Assembly (NCBI RefSeq): GCF_000253055.1
Contig: NC_016070.1
Location: 1-32,000 of the forward strand
Length of the DNA stretch: 32,000 nt
Direction: 5' to 3'
DNA from: Thermoproteus tenax Kra 1
Lineage (GTDB): Archaea; Thermoproteota; Thermoprotei; Thermoproteales; Thermoproteaceae
A program made the translations under genes and the position numbers. Under the pieces are notes generated by a model, which saw only the letters and a list, made by a program, of their open reading frames with translations, had not been told where the DNA came from and did no database searches. How positions within the stretch are numbered: position 1 is the first letter of the stretch; each line of letters starts with the position of its first letter. Positions 23,938 to 30,216 of the stretch are shown piece by piece.

Positions 23938-25143
23938 GTGAGGAGGTTGTCCACCACGTATCTGCCGGTCTTAGTCGCACGCATAGGCTCCGGAGGCGGA
24001 GCCGCGGTGACCTCGTTTCTGTTTCCGGGGCAAGAGATAGCCGTGGGCGCCATACTCGCTGTATATCCTCTGCTGGAGGCGCTGGGCTCGTTCGCCGCTG
24101 GCCGTTTCGCCGATAGGTTCGGTAGAAGGCCCTCGATGATATTCGGCTATTTCGGCAGACTCGCTCTGACCATATTGATGTACTTGGCCCTAGCCTTGGG
24201 CGCAGGCCCTCTGATAGTCGGCGTGATAAACGGACTTATGGGGCTCGTCACGTCGTTCATTCTAGTGTCTTCGCTGGCTATGATCACAGATCTAACCGAG
24301 GTCTCCAACAGAGGTCTCGGCATGGGCGCCTTTGAGCTAGCCAACCTGGGCGGATACGCAGTGGGGTACATAATTGGGGCGGGCCTATTTCAAGCGCTGG
24401 GCGGTCCCGGCTCTTTCGCGGCACTAGCCGTTATGACAGCAGCCGCTTCGCCCATAGTCCTCGTCATGGGAGAAACTGTGCCTGCCAAAGGTGTCGCCAT
24501 ACCTCTGAATCCATTCAGAGGTCTCCCTCCCTCCACGTGGCCGGCGCTCCCTCTGTGGTTCGCCTTGACCGTGTTTATAGGCATGGGGATATACTCAGGT
24601 AGGGCTATAGCGAGCGTGCTATCTTCCGACTCTAGGCTCGCCCATCTGCAAGCCGGGGCGCTCCTCTCGGGCGCTCTCATCGTAGTGGGTCTCGGCGCTG
24701 TTATGTTCGGCAGACTGGCTGACCGATGGGGGCGCGAGCGGATCCTCAATCTGGGCATTGTCGGAGTTATGTCTGCTTTAGTCGTCCTCGCGGCGCTTCT
24801 ATGGGCGCGGGTCAGCCCTCTGAAGGCAGTCGCTATAGCCTCACCGCTGGTCTTCTTGGCGTCCGCCATAGCTCCCTCTATCTTGGCCATAGTCGGAGAC
24901 CGCGCTGTGGTCTCCATGAGGGGCACCGCCATGGGCCTCTACAGCGTCGTCCTGGGCGTTGGCATGGCCGTGGGTTCTCTGCTCGGCGCATCCTCGGCGT
25001 TAGTCGCCGGCGGGCTCATGGGAATAGTCCTAGCGGCCCTCGGCGTCTTTGCGCTGGCTACGATAGCCCACATCGCCTTGAGATTTATCGCGTTGAGACG
25101 TAACGAGAGTATACAGTTGAATTCCCCGCGTAGAGTTCGATGA
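23938..25143 (+). CDS. MFS transporter
   Basis: Lies in ORF 23686-25143. The first 250 nt overlap the EamA gene and encode an Arg/Cys-rich non-membrane sequence. GTG at 23938 (VRRLSTTYLP) starts just after the EamA stop. MFS motif A occurs twice (GRFADRFGRRPSM; GRLADRWGRERIL). Confidence 0.7.
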   Translation: MRRLSTTYLPVLVARIGSGGGAAVTSFLFPGQEIAVGAILAVYPLLEALGSFAAGRFADRFGRRPSMIFGYFGRLALTILMYLALALGAGPLIVGVINGLMGLVTSFILVSSLAMITDLTEVSNRGLGMGAFELANLGGYAVGYIIGAGLFQALGGPGSFAALAVMTAAASPIVLVMGETVPAKGVAIPLNPFRGLPPSTWPALPLWFALTVFIGMGIYSGRAIASVLSSDSRLAHLQAGALLSGALIVVGLGAVMFGRLADRWGRERILNLGIVGVMSALVVLAALLWARVSPLKAVAIASPLVFLASAIAPSILAIVGDRAVVSMRGTAMGLYSVVLGVGMAVGSLLGASSALVAGGLMGIVLAALGVFALATIAHIALRFIALRRNESIQLNSPRRVR

Positions 25144-26098
25144 AGTATACTCCAGGTTTCAAGATCTGGCCCGCTGAGGCTGAGGAGCCGTTGATGAGCC
25201 ACCTCCCCTGCGGCGGCGTCAGGACCAGAAGAGTCCCTTGAGACGTCTCATCGAGCCACAGGCTGGGCGCCCAGAGGAGGTCTACTGAGGATCTTCCGGC
25301 GATCTGTACTACGAGACCATCCCCGTCTGCGTACTCGCTTAGGCCGTAGACGGGGCTTACACGCTCCGCTGTGGACGCCTCCAGCGAGCCAGAGTAAGCG
25401 CAAGGAGGCTGATACCAGCTGCCTCCGTAGCGATAGTAAAGCGACGACCAACCCTCCCAGCGCTCTATATATGCCGTATATCCTTCTCTGGGGCCCGCTA
25501 TTACCCACTCTGCGTCCGAGCCAGGGGCTACGTAGATCTTAAGAGGCCCATCTCCGAGCTCCACTGCGTCGTAGACGTGCCATCCGCCGAGATAATAAGA
25601 GAAAACGACCGTGGAGTTCTCAGCGTATATCTCTAGCCCCAGTGTGACGGGGTATGTAATGGGCCCTAGAGTCTCCGAGCTCTGGTAATATGCAATCGTG
25701 CGGCCGTTGTCAAAATACTTTGACGTGATCCCCCGACCTGTTGCCCTTATAGTCTCCAAATCGCTTAAGTTGAACAAATAGTCGGCTACTGTGAGATAGT
25801 ATGTGTTATTTATCTCTGTTATTATGAGGACGTTCTGGGCCCAATACTTGGCGTCGCGAGATATAATGTGGACGTTCAACTGCACTGAGATGGCGTTAGA
25901 TCTGCCCGCGCCTAGGGAGTAGAACTCGGCCTCGTCTATGTGGATGAGCCCCCTCACTGCGTTTGTGGTATAATTATATTGGAAGTAGCCGCACGTGCCG
26001 GCGTCCACTATGCCGACGACGACTGAAGTCGGAGGATCCAGGAGCGCCGCAAGCAAGGGCAGTAGCGCCAGCGCAGCGAGCAACAAGAGGGCGCGCAC
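25085..26098 (-). CDS. secreted thermopsin-family (peptidase A5-like) protein
   Basis: 337 aa ORF, GTG start, with the TATA-like ACATTTTAATCC 16-27 nt upstream. It has a signal-like MRALLLLAALALLPLLAALL. AISVQLNVHIISRDAKYWAQNVLII and SDAEWVIAGP...GWSSLYYRYGGSW parallel the thermopsin blocks seen in the 18088 gene. There is no C-terminal anchor. Confidence 0.6.
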   Translation of the reverse strand: MRALLLLAALALLPLLAALLDPPTSVVVGIVDAGTCGYFQYNYTTNAVRGLIHIDEAEFYSLGAGRSNAISVQLNVHIISRDAKYWAQNVLIITEINNTYYLTVADYLFNLSDLETIRATGRGITSKYFDNGRTIAYYQSSETLGPITYPVTLGLEIYAENSTVVFSYYLGGWHVYDAVELGDGPLKIYVAPGSDAEWVIAGPREGYTAYIERWEGWSSLYYRYGGSWYQPPCAYSGSLEASTAERVSPVYGLSEYADGDGLVVQIAGRSSVDLLWAPSLWLDETSQGTLLVLTPPQGRWLINGSSASAGQILKPGVYFIELYAGNSTVYSRYVSTR

Positions 26099-26170
26099 GG
26101 CCTCACTGCCTCTAGGATTAAAATGTGATGAAGCGCAGTTAATAGCTTAAAGAGCCTCATATCTTACGTC

Positions 26171-26506
26171 GTGGACTTCATGTTGGCCAACAACGACGAG
26201 GAGCTTAAGGATGCCGTCTCGAAGTGCCCCATCGCGGTAGTGCTTTTCGTTGGCCGCCAGTGCGCCATATGTGTCAGCTTCGAGAGTATGTTGAGATCTA
26301 TATGTAGAGGATATAGGAATAGGATATGTTGCATTAAGGTGTATTCAGACGCGGCCCTGGCCCACGTTAAGTCGCTCGGCATAAACAGTGTGCCATCATT
26401 GGCGGCCTATGTGCGCGGGAGACTTGTAGCCGTGACCTCCGGCGCGCTCTACGCGCCCACTGTGAACCTCTTCTTGCTATCAGTCGTGCGCTCAGCTGAA
26501 GTATGA
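26171..26506 (+). CDS. thioredoxin-fold protein (CxxC)
   Basis: 111 aa ORF (GTG 26171 or ATG 26180). PIAVVLFVGRQCAICVSF carries a CxxC at the expected position after beta-1, and GINSVPSLAAYVRGRLV resembles the cis-Pro region. Confidence 0.55.
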   Translation: MDFMLANNDEELKDAVSKCPIAVVLFVGRQCAICVSFESMLRSICRGYRNRICCIKVYSDAALAHVKSLGINSVPSLAAYVRGRLVAVTSGALYAPTVNLFLLSVVRSAEV

Positions 26507-26567
26507 TTCTATAGAGCTACGCTCTGTTACACATCTGAATCATTTTGTATGCATTATATTATATATA

Positions 26568-26613
26568 TAGTAAAGTATAGTAAAGTAGATTTACTATATA
26601 ACTGACTTTACTA
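26568..26613. promoter_or_regulatory. array of four copies of an 8-10 bp motif (two direct, two inverted) upstream of the hydrogenase cluster
   Basis: TAGTAAAGTA occurs at 26568-26577 and again, perfectly, at 26578-26587. The inverted partners are ATTTACTA (26589-26596, 7/8) and CTTTACTA (26606-26613, 8/8). All lie in the AT-rich 156-bp spacer 50-95 nt upstream of the ATG at 26663. Confidence 0.5.
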
Positions 26614-26662
26614 TAAAAGATATATAAGCCATAAACTTAAAAACGTCTATTTATTTGGCTAT

Positions 26663-27139
26663 ATGCGCGTCCTTTTGGCCTATGTAGGGTATATTTTGGG
26701 CGGCGATCTCGCTGTTGGGATCGAGGCGGGGCATATCTTGGAGAGGGAGGGTCTGCCGGCAATAGAGCTCTCGGGCGATGTTTTTGCCATGATAGACGAT
26801 CTGCGCAAGGCAGCTCCAGATGTATTGATCTTAATTGGAGCCGTCAAAAGGGGGAGGCAACCGGGCACTCTTGAGGTGTACAAATATGTACCACAGAGGG
26901 TGGAGGATCCTCTTGAAGCAAACGACCTCCTGCGTCCCTCGCTCGAGGGGCGGATCTCGCTCGAGGATCTCCTGGCAGGCTTCCGCGTAGTCGACCCTCC
27001 CGCGCGTGAAATATACGTAGTAGAGTGTGAGCCGCCGCATCCCGACCCAGTCGTAGGGCTGTCGCCGGAGGGCGAGGAATGCGCCAAGAGGCTCGCAGAG
27101 AAGGCTGTAGAGCTGTACAACTATGTGCGCGATAGATGA
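26663..27139 (+). CDS. hydrogenase maturation endopeptidase-like protein (HybD/HyaD fold), metal ligands apparently substituted
   Basis: 158 aa ORF. MRVLLAYVGYILGGDLAVGIEAGHIL...VLILIGAVKRGRQPGTLEVY follows the beta-alpha-beta layout and PG motif of HybD (MRILVLGVGNILLTDEAIGVRIVEAL...LIIADAI...APGT). The genomic context is directly upstream of the [NiFe] hydrogenase genes. Confidence 0.5.
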   Translation: MRVLLAYVGYILGGDLAVGIEAGHILEREGLPAIELSGDVFAMIDDLRKAAPDVLILIGAVKRGRQPGTLEVYKYVPQRVEDPLEANDLLRPSLEGRISLEDLLAGFRVVDPPAREIYVVECEPPHPDPVVGLSPEGEECAKRLAEKAVELYNYVRDR

Positions 27140-27869
27140 AAAGGATCTCGAGGTTCTAAGAGCCGCGTTCAAAGGCGGGGGCAGGTTCTATGCCATATAC
27201 CGCCAGTCGAATCTATCCTTGGCCACTGCGTGGAGGAGGACCAAGAAGTTGATCAAGCTGGGTTACCTCAGAGAGAGGGGCGACCTCATAGAGCCCACTG
27301 AGAAGGCGCTCGTCGTTTTAGCCCACCACGGCGAGGTCGGCGCTTTGGTTCAGCTGGCCCATAAATACGACGTGGACAAGAGGACGCTCGCCAGCTTCAT
27401 CAAAGAAGTATGCAAGAGGGTAGGAAGCTTGGACTACGTCATAGCCGAGAGGTTGCCCGAACTCCTCAAGGTGTTTAACTTTGTGGACTTATACGACTTT
27501 GTAGACACTGAGTTAGAGCCCGTCGTCGCGAAGCTCTATCTGGAGTACTGCGCTCCATGCGTAGTACGCGTCGATGGGAATGCGTTCCTCTTCGGAGACG
27601 GCTACGTCCTCGCTGCGTACTGCAGGCTATGCGACAAAGGCGGGCAGTACGTGCTGTTCCACAAATGTCCCTACGCTGAAAGATTTTTCTCGCAAATGAA
27701 AAAGGAATTTATTAACGCAGAGGCGAGAGATAGCCATGAAGCTAAGCAGGAGAGACTTTCTAAAGGCGAGCTCCTTGGCGGCCGCGCTGTCGGCGCTCAA
27801 TTGGAGCACTCTAGTGAAAGCGGCGGCGGAGACCATAAAACAAGGAGATGTGGGAGTAGTCTGGCTTGA
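27123..27869 (+). CDS. hypothetical wHTH protein with C-terminal Cys-rich region
   Basis: 248 aa ORF. It has an N-terminal Lrp/AsnC-like HTH (DLEVLRAAFKGGGRFYAIYRQSNLSLATAWRRTKKLIKLGYL) and a C-terminal YCAPC...YCRLC...HKCPY. It overlaps the upstream gene by 17 nt and the small-subunit gene by 134 nt. Confidence 0.45.
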   Translation: MCAIDEKDLEVLRAAFKGGGRFYAIYRQSNLSLATAWRRTKKLIKLGYLRERGDLIEPTEKALVVLAHHGEVGALVQLAHKYDVDKRTLASFIKEVCKRVGSLDYVIAERLPELLKVFNFVDLYDFVDTELEPVVAKLYLEYCAPCVVRVDGNAFLFGDGYVLAAYCRLCDKGGQYVLFHKCPYAERFFSQMKKEFINAEARDSHEAKQERLSKGELLGGRAVGAQLEHSSESGGGDHKTRRCGSSLA

Positions 27870-29082
27870 GGCTCAGGACTGCGCAGGCAATACTACATCT
27901 ATAATCCAGGCGACGGATCCCTCCTTGTTGGACGTCTTGTTAGGCAGGACGCCTTTAGTGGGGCCGGGAACCGTCAGACTTTTGTTCCATGAGACCGTTA
28001 TGCCCGAGTGGGGCGCCTTCCATGTCACAAGCCCCTCCGACGTGAACAACGACCAGTACTTGAGGCAGATAGTGTCTCAACAACCGGCCCCCGGCAACGC
28101 AGACGCCATCTTGGAAGACATCGCCAACGGCAAATACGGACAGTACGTTCTTGTGTTGGAGGGCAGCTTCCCACAGGAGTACGGAATACAAGGCTCCAAT
28201 ATAGCTACTGAGGGCGGCTACTACTGCAAGATCGGCCAACACACGTGTACAGAGTGGCTGAAGAAGCTGTTGTCCAACGCTCTGGCGGTCGTAGCCGTGG
28301 GCAACTGTGCCACCTATGGAGGAATACCGGCTAATAAGGTGTTGGAGCCACCGCCGGGCTTCAATTACGCCACTTGGTCTCAGTCCCCGACAGGCGCGAT
28401 AGGGTTCTTCGACGATCCTCTAAGGGGCATTAAGGGCGTCATCCACCAGGACTACTTCCAACCGGAGGTCGAGCCGTTCAGAAAATATATAGATGAGGGC
28501 GGCGTGCCCGACTTCAAAACAGTGAAACCCGCGGTGGCTGTGCCAGGATGCCCCGCCAACGGCAACGGCATTATGAGGACTCTGGCGTTCTTAGTCTTGG
28601 TCGCCGCCGGATACTTGGATCCTAGCGTCTTAGATAGAAAAACTTTCCTGGATGAATATGCAAGACCCAACTTTATATTCCAACTAACTACTCATCAGCA
28701 GTGTCCAAGGGCCGCCTTCTATGCCGCGGGCGACTTTAGGCCCTACCCGGGCGCTGGAGATGGCAAGTGTTTATACGCTGTGGGATGCAAGGGTCCCGTG
28801 TCGCATTGTCCGTGGAACAAAGTGGGGTGGGTGGCTGGAGTCGGCGGGCCCACTAGGACCGGTGCAGTGTGTATAGGTTGTACTCAGCCCGGCTTCACCG
28901 ACGCCTTCGAGCCGTTCTACGCCAAGCTACCCTATGTACCTGTTGGAACAAAGCCGCTGAGCGACATAGCGATAGCCGCTGCCGGCGCCATCGGCGCTGC
29001 CGCCTTGCTAGGGGGCGTGTGGACAGGCCTAAGGGCCAGAGCTGAGAAGAAGCAACAAGCCCAGACAGGCGAGAAGAAGTAA
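27736..29082 (+). CDS. [NiFe] hydrogenase small subunit, Tat-exported, with C-terminal membrane anchor
   Basis: The twin-arginine signal is MKLSRRDFLKASSLAAALSA. The Fe-S ligand blocks are VVWLEAQDCAGN, VGNCATYGGIPA, VPGCPANG, HQQCPR, CLYAVGCKGPVSHCPW and GAVCIGCTQPGF. The C-terminal TM helix is IAIAAAGAIGAAALLGGVWTGL. Confidence 0.9.
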   Translation: MKLSRRDFLKASSLAAALSALNWSTLVKAAAETIKQGDVGVVWLEAQDCAGNTTSIIQATDPSLLDVLLGRTPLVGPGTVRLLFHETVMPEWGAFHVTSPSDVNNDQYLRQIVSQQPAPGNADAILEDIANGKYGQYVLVLEGSFPQEYGIQGSNIATEGGYYCKIGQHTCTEWLKKLLSNALAVVAVGNCATYGGIPANKVLEPPPGFNYATWSQSPTGAIGFFDDPLRGIKGVIHQDYFQPEVEPFRKYIDEGGVPDFKTVKPAVAVPGCPANGNGIMRTLAFLVLVAAGYLDPSVLDRKTFLDEYARPNFIFQLTTHQQCPRAAFYAAGDFRPYPGAGDGKCLYAVGCKGPVSHCPWNKVGWVAGVGGPTRTGAVCIGCTQPGFTDAFEPFYAKLPYVPVGTKPLSDIAIAAAGAIGAAALLGGVWTGLRARAEKKQQAQTGEKK

Positions 29083-30107
29083 TGCCGAGCGCCAGACTTA
29101 TAGGAAGCTTTATTGCGACCTCCATTACAGTGGGGCTTACGTGGGTTATACTCTATTATCTAGCGTGGGTGCCTCTGTCTGAGACATGGCCCGAGTTCTG
29201 GTCCTACTTCACAACTTACGGGATAAGGCTGAACAGTCTCACATTCTGGACTCTCCTCGTGGACGTCTTCTTCGACGTCCTGATAATATTAGTGATAATC
29301 TATGGCACTATATGGGTGTTGGGACATTTCGCCGCTTATGCCTCTCGGTATGACTACTTTAAGAGTCTGATGAACACGCCGAAGATTCAGAGGTGGAGCG
29401 TTTGGCAGAGAGTTCAACACATTATAATGTTTCTGACTCTAGTCATAACCGCGTACACAGGCTTCGTGACTATGTTTGACGCCAATCCGACGTGGCGCGA
29501 GTTCTATATCAACGGAGTCTATGCCGCCGCGGGTACTCCTCCGTTCTTCCTCTGGCCTGCTCAGACAGGGCCCGTACCTTTAATGATACTGATACACGTC
29601 TGGGCGGGGATAATAATGGGAGTGTTGGTCATAGCGCACTTCGCCTACTATGGAGTGAGGGTTTTAATCGATTTGGCCAAGAGGAGGGGGCCTATTTTGG
29701 ACCGCTGGCCGCTTCTCAGATTCTACACTTGGGGCTTCGTGAAATACATTGTTGCTAGGACTATCTGGCTGTTTAAGCCCAGCCACAAGTTGCCCGAGTG
29801 GACACACAAGTACGATCCAGAGCAGTTGTTCGAATACTGGGGCGTCTATTGGGGTATAGCGATACTGGGCATACCTGGCGCCATAATGGCAGTCTGGGGG
29901 CCCTCTGCTTTCGATGGACTGGCTTTCTTATTCCACACTAAGGAGGCTGTGTTGGCTGTGTCTTTCTTGTTGTTAGTCCATTTGACGTACACCCACTTCA
30001 TGCCGCATATATTCCCATATAACTCCATGTTCCACAGCGGCAAGATCCCAGAGGGTATCGTCAAAGAGGAGCATCCGGCTTGGTACAAGCAGTTGAAACA
30101 ACAATAG
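29082..30107 (+). CDS. b-type cytochrome membrane subunit of the hydrogenase (Isp1/NarI-like anchor)
   Basis: 341 aa polytopic membrane protein. Its ATG overlaps the small-subunit TAA by 1 nt (TAATG). Conserved His residues sit in TM helices (QRVQHIIMFLT; LILIHVWAGIIMGVLVIAHFAYY; LLVHLTYTHFMPH), as expected for di-heme b ligation. Confidence 0.6.
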   Translation: MPSARLIGSFIATSITVGLTWVILYYLAWVPLSETWPEFWSYFTTYGIRLNSLTFWTLLVDVFFDVLIILVIIYGTIWVLGHFAAYASRYDYFKSLMNTPKIQRWSVWQRVQHIIMFLTLVITAYTGFVTMFDANPTWREFYINGVYAAAGTPPFFLWPAQTGPVPLMILIHVWAGIIMGVLVIAHFAYYGVRVLIDLAKRRGPILDRWPLLRFYTWGFVKYIVARTIWLFKPSHKLPEWTHKYDPEQLFEYWGVYWGIAILGIPGAIMAVWGPSAFDGLAFLFHTKEAVLAVSFLLLVHLTYTHFMPHIFPYNSMFHSGKIPEGIVKEEHPAWYKQLKQQ

Positions 30108-30112
30108 TCCCC

Positions 30113-30140
30113 CTTTTTGAGACCTCTGCGTTCTATTTTT
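30113..30140 (+). terminator. two oligo-T tracts immediately after the cytochrome b gene
   Basis: A T5 run at 30113-30117 and a T6 run at 30135-30140 lie 6-33 nt after the stop at 30107. They are followed by the TATA-like TTTTTTAAATT at 30189-30199, 18-28 nt upstream of the large-subunit ATG. Confidence 0.4.
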
Positions 30141-30216
30141 TGGCGCATCAAAGCGGCGGCGAGGCTTTTCAACAGACTGAAAAGCACATTTTTTAAATTC
30201 CCCACACCGGTTTACT

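Noticed and set aside
26125-26131. GTGATGA as the C box of a C/D sRNA upstream of the thioredoxin-like gene.
   Set aside because: There is no CUGA D box within 35-60 nt downstream, and the region coincides with the AT-rich promoter of the neighbouring genes.
26520-26662. The AT-rich repeat region considered as a CRISPR or other tandem-repeat array.
   Set aside because: There are only two tandem 10-mers plus two inverted 8-mers and no spacer-repeat periodicity. It is better explained as a promoter/operator.
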